Notes: generated by a model from the letters alone, not told the origin. A stretch of 64,000 nucleotides of DNA from Longimicrobiales bacterium (GCA_965198065.1 CBDAON010000004.1:1120001-1184000); one strand, 5' to 3'; numbered from the stretch's first letter, positions 1 through 8,197 are shown. A program made the numbers and translations.

Positions 1-1882
1 ACTCGCCCACGCCGATGTCCCCGATCGAGTACTCGCGCGCGTCGTGCCAGTCGACGTAGAAGGTCGGATCGGTCTCGTAGGCCGGCACGGCGAGGAGATC
101 CCCGAGCCTCCCCTTGATCTCCTTCTTCCCCACCCGCACGACCCACGAGCGGAACGTCTCGTCCGACTCACGCTCGGTCGTGTAAAGGTCGAGGAGCCGA
201 TCCACCGTCTCCGGGATCCGCTTGGACGGAACGGCACCCATGGCCAGCCCGTAGCTCCCCGCGTTCTCCTCGAGCGATCCGCCGAGAAGCAGCTGGAAGT
301 GGGGCACCTTGTAGGCGCCCACGTTCCGGCTCGAGCCGTAGAAGCCGATGTCGGCGATGTGATGCATCCCGCACGAGTTCGGGCACCCGCTCACCTTGAT
401 GTGCACGTCCTTGAGGACCGGATCCAAATGGAGCTCTCGCTCGTGCAGGCGCTCCCTGAGCTCGGCGCCAAGCCCGCGCGAGCTGGCGATCCCGAGCTTG
501 CAGGTGTCCGTGCCCGGGCATGCGGTCACGTCGGTGATCGTCGCCGCGCCCGTAGACACGAGCTTCGCCTCGTGGAGCTCGTTGTAGATAGCGACCAAGT
601 CCTTCTCGTGGATCCAGCGGAGGAAGAAGTTCTGGTCCACGTTCGTGCGGAGCGCGCCGGGAGCGTACTTCCGGACGAGGTCCGCGAGCCTGCGCGTCTG
701 ACGGGACGTGATGTCGCCCAGGGGAAGGTTGATCGTGACCGCCACGGACCCCTCTTGGCGCTGCCGGTAGACGTTCGTCTTCGACCACTCCTCGAACCCG
801 TCCGCCGGCACGGTCGACTCGTCGGTGACCGGCTCCGAGCGCCCCTCGATCTGGGGCAGGCGCGCCTCCTCGAGCCAGGCGTCCCAGCGCGGATCGGGCT
901 CAAGCGCAGACAGCTCCTCCTCCACCACGCACTTGAACTCGTCGATCCCGAGCTTGGCCACGAGGAACTTGATCCGGGCCTTGTTCCGGTTCCGCTTCTC
1001 GCCCAGCCGGGCGAAGACGCGGGCGATCGCCTGTGAGAGCGGGAGCATCTGGGCTTCCGGCATAAACTCGTAGAGCACCTTGGCCACGTGCGGGACGGGC
1101 CCAAGCCCACCGCCCACCACCACCGTGAAGCCCCGCTCCTCCACGCCGTCCACCTCCCGGGTCGCCGCGACGAACCCGAGGTCATGCATCATGACGCGGG
1201 AGCAGCCCTCATGTCCGCATCCGGAGTATGCGATCTTGAACTTCCGCCCGAAGTCCTGGACGTCCGGATGACCGAGGAGGAAGGAGGCCTCGGCCTTCGC
1301 GTAGGGAGAGATGTCGAAGCGCTCGTCCGTGCAGATCCCCGCCTTGGGGCAACCGGTGACGTTCCGGACCGAGTTCCCGCACGCCTCCCGTGTCGTGATC
1401 CCAACAGCGGCCAGGCGCCGGTGCAGATCCGGCGTGTCCTCGATATCGACGAAGTGCAGCTGGACATCCTGTCGGGTCGTGATGTGGAGGACCGCGTTCG
1501 AGTACTCCTCCGCGCAGTCCGCGAGGACCTCGAGCTGCTCGGCCGTGACCTGCCCGTACGGGATCTTGATCCGCTGCATTCCCGGCGCGTCCCATTCGGT
1601 CTCGGGCCCCTTCGTAAGCCCGAGGCGCCGGAAGGGGAGCTCCTGGGTCTTGGTCCCATCGTAGCGCTGACCGTTGTCGTAGCGCTGGCCGTAGGCGCCC
1701 CGCCGGAGGCGAAGCTCGGCGAAGACCTTGTCCTCGATCTTTCCCTGTTTCCGGAGCTCCATCTGCGCCTCGTAGGAGTCGATCTCCTCCGTCACGTGGG
1801 GAGGAATGCTATCCGCGAGCCGCACCTTCCAGCTCCACTGCCCCGGACTAGTCGCGCCGGTGTTCGTCTCGCCTGGGCTCAT
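1..1882 (-). CDS. sir: Ferredoxin-dependent nitrite/sulfite reductase (siroheme, 4Fe-4S); 3' end runs off the window
   Basis: Absent from the ORF track because it is open at the edge. Hand translation from ATG 1882 gives MSPGETN...ELRLRRGAYGQRYDNG...MQRIKIPYG...HITTRQDVQLH...REACGNSVRNVTGC...GRKFKIAYSGC...TACPGTDTCKLG...KVSGCPNSCGMHHIADIG. It lies directly downstream of cysH. Confidence 0.9.
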   Translation of the reverse strand, partial: MSPGETNTGATSPGQWSWKVRLADSIPPHVTEEIDSYEAQMELRKQGKIEDKVFAELRLRRGAYGQRYDNGQRYDGTKTQELPFRRLGLTKGPETEWDAPGMQRIKIPYGQVTAEQLEVLADCAEEYSNAVLHITTRQDVQLHFVDIEDTPDLHRRLAAVGITTREACGNSVRNVTGCPKAGICTDERFDISPYAKAEASFLLGHPDVQDFGRKFKIAYSGCGHEGCSRVMMHDLGFVAATREVDGVEERGFTVVVGGGLGPVPHVAKVLYEFMPEAQMLPLSQAIARVFARLGEKRNRNKARIKFLVAKLGIDEFKCVVEEELSALEPDPRWDAWLEEARLPQIEGRSEPVTDESTVPADGFEEWSKTNVYRQRQEGSVAVTINLPLGDITSRQTRRLADLVRKYAPGALRTNVDQNFFLRWIHEKDLVAIYNELHEAKLVSTGAATITDVTACPGTDTCKLGIASSRGLGAELRERLHERELHLDPVLKDVHIKVSGCPNSCGMHHIADIGFYGSSRNVGAYKVPHFQLLLGGSLEENAGSYGLAMGAVPSKRIPETVDRLLDLYTTERESDETFRSWVVRVGKKEIKGRLGDLLAVPAYETDPTFYVDWHDAREYSIGDIGVGE

Positions 1883-1946
1883 CGTTTGCCGTCCTGACTC
1901 GTCCCGCCGATTCACGTCGAGGTACGGGCTGGGTACCGTACCCTCG

Positions 1947-2732
1947 TCACAAGTTATGGAGCCCGCACTCTGTCCGGGTGCCCCCGCGCCACCGCCCCGC
2001 CCGCTCGTGCTCCCCCGGGAGCGTGGGCGTCGTGAGGGGCTCGTCCCCGATGCTCGCGTAGCCCTCGTCGTGGAGGGGATGATAGAGCACCCGGTTCACC
2101 ATGATGAACTCCCACACTTGGTCCAGGGTCCAGAGCGCGAGAGGGTTCACTTTCGTGCGGCCATTCTTCTCGACGATCGGAATCCCGGCTCGCGACTCCG
2201 ATTGGTCCCGTCGCCGGCCGCTGATCCACCCCTCGAAGCCGTCCAGCGCCCTCCGCATCGGCTCGACCTTCGTGAGCTGGTGGAACAGCTCCTCGTCCCG
2301 TTCCCAGAGGCGCTCCCCGTGCTGGGCCTCTAACGCCTCCCTCGACTTGGCGGCGGGGAACGTGCGGAGGTCGATCCCGTAGTGCTCGCGCACCCGCTCC
2401 GCATGCTCGAGGGTCTCCGGGAAGTGGTAGAGCGTATCCACGAAAAGCACGGGAGTGCGAATCCCCTCCTCCGCCAGCATGTGGATGAGGATCATCCCGC
2501 TGGGACCGAACGTGGACGACATCGCGACCCGGCCCTCGGGGAAGGCGGATGCGGCCCAGCGGAGCACCTCCCTCGGATCGGCTCCCTCGAAGTGGCGGCT
2601 GAGATCCGCGGCTTCCTCGGCGGTGAGAGAAGCCGATACGAACGGAGCCGGCGCCACCACCGGGTCCACCGCCCTGCCGTCCGCAGAGATGCCCATCGTC
2701 TCGACTCCGGCCCCCAGAATGTCCTCTCTCAC
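1947..2732 (-). CDS. cysH: Phosphoadenylyl-sulfate (PAPS) reductase
   Basis: Motifs SSTFG, DTLYHFPET, SGRRRDQ, KVNPLA, GYASIGD, ERAGRW and C-terminal ECGLH. The start may be GTG 2732 or ATG 2696. Confidence 0.93.
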   Translation of the reverse strand: MREDILGAGVETMGISADGRAVDPVVAPAPFVSASLTAEEAADLSRHFEGADPREVLRWAASAFPEGRVAMSSTFGPSGMILIHMLAEEGIRTPVLFVDTLYHFPETLEHAERVREHYGIDLRTFPAAKSREALEAQHGERLWERDEELFHQLTKVEPMRRALDGFEGWISGRRRDQSESRAGIPIVEKNGRTKVNPLALWTLDQVWEFIMVNRVLYHPLHDEGYASIGDEPLTTPTLPGEHERAGRWRGGTRTECGLHNL

Positions 2733-2845
2733 CGCCGCCTCGTCCTTCCAAGCTCCGTTCGCCAGACCTTCGTCCGCCCCCAGCTGCCGCTCCTGTCCAC
2801 CGGCACCGGTCCGCGCTCCACCTTCCGTCCTAGTCCCGCCCCGGC

Positions 2846-2880
2846 CAAATCAAAAGCCCCGACCTCTTGGAGGTCGGGGC
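2846..2880 (-). terminator. Intrinsic terminator of the putative cysH-sir attenuator
   Basis: Minus strand reads GCCCCGACCTC-CAA-GAGGTCGGGGC then TTTTGATTT, located between the leader ORF and cysH. Confidence 0.8.
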
Positions 2881-2905
2881 CGAAGTCCTCTGCGCGATCG
2901 GGCGG

Positions 2906-2989
2906 CTACGCGAAGTGTCTCCGGGACCCACCCCCAGCGGGGGAGGCCGGACAAGAACACATCGCGCAACACATCGCGGTCATAGCCAT
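2906..2989 (-). CDS. Putative Cys/Met-rich leader peptide, 27 aa (MAMTAMCCAMCSCPASPAGGGSRRHFA)
   Basis: ATG 2989 to TAG 2906. It has 4 Met and 4 Cys in the first 13 codons and sits between a promoter and a terminator upstream of cysH. Confidence 0.75.
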   Translation of the reverse strand: MAMTAMCCAMCSCPASPAGGGSRRHFA

Positions 2990-2998
2990 AGCGAGAAG

Positions 2999-3027
2999 AC
3001 TTTAGGCCGAAGGGCGGGGGACGTCAA
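2999..3027 (-). promoter_or_regulatory. sigma70-type promoter TTGACG-17bp-TAAAGT for leader/cysH/sir
   Basis: -35 at 3027-3022, -10 at 3004-2999, exact 17-nt spacer. The leader ATG is only 9 nt after the -10. Confidence 0.7.
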
Positions 3028-4700
3028 GGCCCTCCGGAGCCTTCCGGAGCCCCGTGGCCGACCTTCCCCGTCCCCGTCCGCCGGCTCCCGCGGGCAGCTT
3101 CGAGCTCGGTCCTGGCCATGGACATGAACACGGAGCACGGCTCCGGGCAGGGGATCTGGCCCCCGGGACCTGCCTTCTCGCCCGCGGGGTCACCGCCCGC
3201 CCAAGTGGGACGGCGGAGGCACCGCCCCGGGGCACAGCACCGGGAAACGACCCGCTCCACCCCCTTCTCGTCGAGCTCCGCGACGCCCGCATAGATCCCG
3301 GTCTGGCGAGGCGCCGCCCGGGCAAACGGGGTGAGCGCGAGCCGGCCCCGTAGGGCCAGGTGCCGGTGGACGAGCGCGGTCGGGTAGAGATGCGCGTAGG
3401 CCTCCCAGACCTGGTCGGGCGAGAGGTCGGTGAGGCGCCACCCACCGGCCAGGTCCGGCGCGGTCTTGAGTGGCCGATGGACTCCGTTCCCTGAGCGGGC
3501 CGCGACCTCGAGCGCGTCCTCCGGATCGAGGAGTTGCCGGAGCTCGGCCCCGTCCCGACCGCGGTCGTCCACGTGCCGGATTTCGTAACGCCGCTCGTGG
3601 GCGGGGGTCGCCCCGGCACCCCCCGGCTGCGGTGCGAGCGGACGGACTACCGCCTGGAGCACGTCCCACCCATCGGGACCCGCTTCCCCAAGCCAGGCGG
3701 CGAAGGCCTCCCTCGCCTCGCGAACGTCGGAGGGCGTGGGCGGCGACCGGCCTCCGGGACTCTTCTCGTCAGTCTCCCGGCCGGGCGTCCGATCGTCGGG
3801 CCCATCGGTGCGTCCCTCCCCTCCTTCCTCCTCCCGAACGATCCGGTGGACGAGGTCGACCAGCGACGGATGCGTGCCCACCGGCTGCGCGTACCAGATC
3901 GTCGCGCCGCCCCTCTCCGTCCGACCTCCCGAGATGGCCAGCGTCGCCGGAACGGTCGAGCCCGCGTGCCATCCCTCTGACATGAAGAAGGGGACGAGGA
4001 TCACGTTCCCGTCCGCGAGCTGGGGAAGGAGCTGCTCGACGCGGGGATCTTGGTCCAGGAACGCCGCGAGCACGCGGCGGTAGGGGCCACGCGCGCGGAT
4101 GCGCTCGACGACAGCAAGAGTCGTGTCTCCCGAGCGGGAATGGGCGTCCGTCCCGTGCCCGATCACGACGAGCGTCGCGCCGGCCTCGTCCCCCGCATCG
4201 AGCGGGGCCACCTCTCTGGCCCGCTCGCGTACGATCGCCTCCATGTGCGGATGCGCGCCCACCGGCGGACAGAGGCGGAGGACCCGGCCGGAGCGGCGGG
4301 TCACCCGTCCCGCGAGGCCGAGCTCTCGGGGGACGACCGTCTCCGTGAAGTAACCAGTGCTCGTAAACAGGGGAACGACGAGCACCTCGCGACTCTCGAC
4401 CAGGTCGAGCGCGGTGTGGAGGTGCGGGTCCTCCTTCCAGAACCCCACCCGGACCTCGGCGAACGCACGGTCCTCCCTCAGCCGGCAGGCCAGGAGGTGG
4501 ACGGGACGGGCGGAGTCCGAGCTGTGGTGGGAGCCGTGCCCCACGAGAAGCACTCCCGCGGCCGACCCACCGCCCCCGGACGGGCTCCGGCCGGCCCACT
4601 CGGGGCCCTGACTCCCGCCTTCCCGCGTCCTTGACAAGGTTCGAACGCCTCCCCTACGTAAGGCTCCAGCGCCGGAGGCGCGCCGCTCCGAAGGTTCCAC
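3024..4700 (-). CDS. CbiX/SirB sirohydrochlorin chelatase fused to a DR2241-family C-terminal domain
   Basis: Two CbiX repeats (LLVGHGS...FWKEDP; VIGHGT...FLDQDP...EGWH), then RPLKTAPDL, RQTGIY, CC-x4-CL, IPCPEPCS. The true start is uncertain and may be up to ~150 nt downstream. Confidence 0.8.
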   Translation of the reverse strand: MEPSERRASGAGALRRGGVRTLSRTREGGSQGPEWAGRSPSGGGGSAAGVLLVGHGSHHSSDSARPVHLLACRLREDRAFAEVRVGFWKEDPHLHTALDLVESREVLVVPLFTSTGYFTETVVPRELGLAGRVTRRSGRVLRLCPPVGAHPHMEAIVRERAREVAPLDAGDEAGATLVVIGHGTDAHSRSGDTTLAVVERIRARGPYRRVLAAFLDQDPRVEQLLPQLADGNVILVPFFMSEGWHAGSTVPATLAISGGRTERGGATIWYAQPVGTHPSLVDLVHRIVREEEGGEGRTDGPDDRTPGRETDEKSPGGRSPPTPSDVREAREAFAAWLGEAGPDGWDVLQAVVRPLAPQPGGAGATPAHERRYEIRHVDDRGRDGAELRQLLDPEDALEVAARSGNGVHRPLKTAPDLAGGWRLTDLSPDQVWEAYAHLYPTALVHRHLALRGRLALTPFARAAPRQTGIYAGVAELDEKGVERVVSRCCAPGRCLRRPTWAGGDPAGEKAGPGGQIPCPEPCSVFMSMARTELEAARGSRRTGTGKVGHGAPEGSGGP

Positions 4701-4898
4701 GCGCGCGGCCCCGGAGTCGCGCGAGCGCCATCCGCCTCAACCTAACGAAGCCCTTCCGCGACGCCGAAGGAACCGGAGGGCGGGCGAGTACCGGCGATGA
4801 CCCGACGAGCCCCCGACCGCTCTCCAGGCCGGGGGCTCGCGCCCTTTCGGGCGGGAAGCGTCGCCAGGGCGTGGAGGGGAACGCCAGAAGGTGGACCG

Positions 4899-5726
4899 AT
4901 GACCCGAAAGCGACCGGGAACCGTATACCTCGTCGGGGCCGGCCCCGGCGACCCGGATCTTCTCACCCGAAAGGGCGCGCGGCTCCTGGCCGTGGCGGGT
5001 GCGGTCGTGCACGACGCCCTCATTGACTCCAGGCTTTTTACGGAGGTCGCGCCCGGCGCCGAGCTGTACGACGTGGGGCGGCGAGCGGGGACGAAGCGAC
5101 TGGACCAACCCCAAGTGAACGAGCTCCTGATCAAGCTCGCGGGGGTCCATGAGATCGTGGTTCGACTGAAGGGGGGAGACCCGTTTGTCTTCGGTCGTGG
5201 GGGAGAGGAGGCAATCGCGCTCAAGGCCGCCGGCATACCGTTCGAGGTGGTTCCTGGAGTCACGTCAGGGGGTGCGGTCCCCGCGTACGCGGGGATCCCC
5301 CTGACCCACCGGGGAGTGGCCTCGTCGGTGACGTTCCTCACCGGGCACCAAGTCACGTCTGCCCCGGAGGGGGCGGAAGCCTCGAGCCCCATCACCCGGG
5401 AGGGGACGCTCGTGATCTTCATGGGCCTCCTCAGGGTCGAGGAGATCGCGCGGGGACTGATCGAGCGAGGTCTATCGCCGGACACGCCGACGGCGGTGAT
5501 CCAGTCGGGGACCTACGCGTCCCAGCGGACCGTCACGGGAGTGCTGGCGGACATCGGGGAGCGGGCGCGGGCGGGTCGCATTTCGCGCCCCGCGCTCATC
5601 GTGGTCGGGGACGTCGTGGCGCTTCGCGAGGGGATCCGCTGGTTCCCCGAGGCGGGAGTCGAAACAGCGACCGGCAAAGGCCCCCCCGAGCGGGGAGTGG
5701 CTCAGGGCGCGGACAAAGCGAAGTGA
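4899..5726 (+). CDS. cobA: Uroporphyrinogen-III C-methyltransferase (SUMT)
   Basis: VYLVGAGPGDPDLLT, VRLKGGDPFVFGRGGEE, VPGVTS, AGIPLTHRG. ATG 4899 was preferred over the ORF-track start. Confidence 0.93.
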   Translation: MTRKRPGTVYLVGAGPGDPDLLTRKGARLLAVAGAVVHDALIDSRLFTEVAPGAELYDVGRRAGTKRLDQPQVNELLIKLAGVHEIVVRLKGGDPFVFGRGGEEAIALKAAGIPFEVVPGVTSGGAVPAYAGIPLTHRGVASSVTFLTGHQVTSAPEGAEASSPITREGTLVIFMGLLRVEEIARGLIERGLSPDTPTAVIQSGTYASQRTVTGVLADIGERARAGRISRPALIVVGDVVALREGIRWFPEAGVETATGKGPPERGVAQGADKAK

Positions 5727-5947
5727 GTGTAGTTCTTCTCGATGTAGGCCGTCCACTCCGGGGGCACGTCGGTATCCGGAAAGATCGCCTGAACCGGGCA
5801 CTCGGGCTCGCAGGCCCCGCAGTCGATGCACTCTTCGGGCTGGATGTAGTACTGGTCGTCCGCGTCGTAAATGCAGTCCACGGGGCAGACGTCCACGCAG
5901 CTCGCGTCCTTCGTGCCGATGCAGGGCTCGGCGATGATGTAGGTCAT
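5702..5947 (-). CDS. 7Fe-type ferredoxin ([3Fe-4S]+[4Fe-4S], FdxA-like), 81 aa
   Basis: MTYIIAEPCIGTKDASCVDVCPVDCI...CIDCGACEPECPVQAI. Its ATG overlaps the stop of the JAB gene (ATGA). Confidence 0.92.
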   Translation of the reverse strand: MTYIIAEPCIGTKDASCVDVCPVDCIYDADDQYYIQPEECIDCGACEPECPVQAIFPDTDVPPEWTAYIEKNYTHFALSAP

Positions 5948-6471
5948 AGACCGTCGGCTGAGGTAGTTCTTGCGCTTGAGTACCTCTCCTCCCCCCGACT
6001 CCGTTCTGCCGGAAGCTCCGACACGGGGACCCGCAGGGGCGACCCGGGCGCCGCCGGATTCCAGCGCCACGCCCCCATGGCCGCCCAGTCGTCCGAGGCG
6101 TCCTCCCCCACGATGAGCCAAAGCACTTCGGGCCACAGCTCCATGTATCCCCGATCGATCGAGGACGGAACCGGCCGCCCCACCGGGTGGGAGTGGTAGA
6201 ATCCCACGATCTCGTGCCCCGTTCCCCGGAGCGAGCGTTCCTCCTCGATCACCCGTCGAGGATCGATCGTGAACCGCGTTCGCCTTCGACCCGCCGGAGC
6301 CTCGTTGGGGCACGGGATCGCGCGCGTGACCCAGATGTCCCCGTCCTGGATCCGCCCCACCAAGAGCCCACACGCCTCGTCGGGAGACGCCCGTCTCGCG
6401 TCCTCCACCACGGTCCGCGAGACGTCCGGGGAGAGGTAGGCGCCCTCGGTCCACCCCTCCCCACCGCTCAC
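5944..6471 (-). CDS. JAB/MPN+ (M67) metallopeptidase, Mec/HcyD-like
   Basis: PDEACGLL and GFYHSHP-x4-PSSID JAMM motif. GTGA overlap with the upstream sulfur-carrier gene. Confidence 0.9.
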   Translation of the reverse strand: MSGGEGWTEGAYLSPDVSRTVVEDARRASPDEACGLLVGRIQDGDIWVTRAIPCPNEAPAGRRRTRFTIDPRRVIEEERSLRGTGHEIVGFYHSHPVGRPVPSSIDRGYMELWPEVLWLIVGEDASDDWAAMGAWRWNPAAPGSPLRVPVSELPAERSRGEERYSSARTTSADGL

Positions 6472-6758
6472 CAGTCGGGCCCCACACCCCCCGCGATGGA
6501 GGGAACGATGGATACCTCGTCGCCTTCCTTCACGGGCGTGTCCAGATCCTTCTCGTAACGGACGTCGGTGCCGTTCACGAACACGTTCAGGAACTGTCGC
6601 ACCTCGCCCTGCTCTCCGAGGATCCGGCCGAGGAGATCGGGGTGCGTACTCCCGAGGTCGTCGAACAGCTCCCGCACGGTAGCCCCTTCCGCCTGGAGCT
6701 CCGCCTGTCCGTTCGTGAGCTTACGAAGCGCGCTCGGCACTCGGACGGTAACGCTCAT
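6468..6758 (-). CDS. MoaD/ThiS/CysO-family ubiquitin-like sulfur carrier with a C-terminal extension
   Basis: MSVTVRVPSALRKLT...FLNVFVNGTDVR...VSIVPSIAGG-VGPDW. Confidence 0.92.
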   Translation of the reverse strand: MSVTVRVPSALRKLTNGQAELQAEGATVRELFDDLGSTHPDLLGRILGEQGEVRQFLNVFVNGTDVRYEKDLDTPVKEGDEVSIVPSIAGGVGPDW

Positions 6759-8032
6759 CCCTCTACCTCCTCGCTCGCGGCCAGTCGCTCCACCTCGGCG
6801 AGCCTCGGCTGGATGGGATCCTCCAGCCGGAACGTGCCGCGCGCGGCATCCGGAGTCTTGAGCCCGTTCCCCGTGATGCAGAGAACGGTGGGTCCGTCAC
6901 GCCGGAGCCGACCGTCCCGGACCAGGCGCGCCGCAGCGGAAACCGTAACGCCTCCGGCCGTTTCCGTGAAGACGCCATCCAAGGTCGCCAGCAGGCCGAT
7001 CCCGTCAACGATCTCCGGGTCGGACACCGCCTCCCCCCAGCCTCCGGTCTCCTGGATCGTCTCCACCGCAAACAGACCGTCCGCCGGATTTCCGATCGCG
7101 AGCGAGCGTGCGATGGTGTTGGGTTTCTGAATCGGCCGCACCTGCCGCTCTCCGGCCTGCACCGCGTTCACGATGGGTGCGCAGCCCGACGCCTGTGCGC
7201 CGAACATCCGGGGCTCCGGACCCTCCTCGACGAGGCCGGTCTTCATGAGCTCGCGGAAGCTCTTCCGAACCTTCGTGATGAGCGACCCGCCCGCCATGGG
7301 GACGACGACGTTCGCGGGCAGCGTCCAGCCGAGCTGCTCGGCGATCTCGTACCCCATGGACTTCGAGCCCTCGCTGTAGTAGGCCCTGAGATTGACGTTC
7401 ACGATTCCCCATCCGAACCGGTCCGCCACCTCCGCACAAAGCCGATTCACATCGTCGTACACCCCCCGTACGCGGACCACCCTCGCCCCGTGCACGCCCG
7501 TCGCAACGATCTTTTCCACCTCCAGGTCCTCGGGAATGAAGATCCAGGCGCGGAGGCCCGCGGTCGCGGCCTGTGCGGCCACCGCGTTCGCTAGGTTGCC
7601 TGTCGACGCGCATCCGACCACGTCCATGCCGAACTCCCCCGCACGTTGGAGAGCGACCGCAACGACTCGGTCCTTGAACGACTGCGTCGGATGGTTCGAC
7701 GAGTCTACCTTGATCCAGAGATCATCGATGCCCAGCGCGGCTCCCAGCCTCGGAGCTCGGAGGAGCGGCGTCCACCCGACCCCGAGCCCGCGGGTCGGCT
7801 CCTCGGCAACGGGCAGGAGCTCGCGGTACCGCCACAGGTCGGTAGGTCGCGATGCGATCCTCTCCCGCGTGAGCCGACCGCGGAGCCGCTCAAGATCGTA
7901 GACGACCTCTAGAGGACCAAAGCACTCCTCGCAGACGTGATGCGGGCCGGCTTCCGTCTCCGTCCCACAAATTCGACATCGAAGCGTGCTCAGCGCCGCG
8001 GGGGCGAGGGGTGCCAAGTTCGTCTCGCTCAT
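6755..8032 (-). CDS. thrC: Threonine synthase-like PLP enzyme with an N-terminal Zn ribbon
   Basis: CRIC...CEEC, LWRYRELLP, PTQSFKDR (PLP lysine), CASTGNLANA, EGSKS, ITGNGLKT. Start at ATG 8032 with a GAGG RBS. Its real substrate may not be threonine-related. Confidence 0.88.
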   Translation of the reverse strand: MSETNLAPLAPAALSTLRCRICGTETEAGPHHVCEECFGPLEVVYDLERLRGRLTRERIASRPTDLWRYRELLPVAEEPTRGLGVGWTPLLRAPRLGAALGIDDLWIKVDSSNHPTQSFKDRVVAVALQRAGEFGMDVVGCASTGNLANAVAAQAATAGLRAWIFIPEDLEVEKIVATGVHGARVVRVRGVYDDVNRLCAEVADRFGWGIVNVNLRAYYSEGSKSMGYEIAEQLGWTLPANVVVPMAGGSLITKVRKSFRELMKTGLVEEGPEPRMFGAQASGCAPIVNAVQAGERQVRPIQKPNTIARSLAIGNPADGLFAVETIQETGGWGEAVSDPEIVDGIGLLATLDGVFTETAGGVTVSAAARLVRDGRLRRDGPTVLCITGNGLKTPDAARGTFRLEDPIQPRLAEVERLAASEEVEG

Positions 8033-8150
8033 CGCCTCTATCGTCTCCTGCGCGGTCTGGCCCAAGGGCGGCCCACCCGCGCCGTGTCCACCGCCCGGAG
8101 GCGCCGAAAGATCGCGAGAAACGCGTTCCCGGCAACCCGCCGGCCTCCTT

Positions 8151-8197
8151 AGAAAAAGGAAAGAGCCCCGACCTCTCTGGAAGAAGGCCGGGGCTCT
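8151..8197 (-). terminator. Intrinsic terminator of the putative thrC-like operon attenuator
   Basis: Minus strand reads AGAGCCCCGGCCT-loop-AGGTCGGGGCTCT (13 bp with one G-U) then TTCCTTTTTCT. Confidence 0.8.

Noticed and set aside
2780..3000. SAM riboswitch or T-box upstream of cysH or the thrC-like gene
   Set aside because: I could not find SAM-I core motifs (ATCxAGAG...GCAACC...GTGC) or the T-box AGGGTGGxACCGCG. The uORF plus terminator explains both regions better.
4631..4660. TTGACA as a promoter for cobA
   Set aside because: The -35 is perfect but there is no TAnnnT at 16-18 nt spacing, so it is unsupported.
5948..6487. Long N-terminal extension on the ferredoxin (261-aa track ORF)
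   Set aside because: It overlaps the JAB gene in another frame. The ferredoxin starts at ATG 5947 with ATGA coupling.
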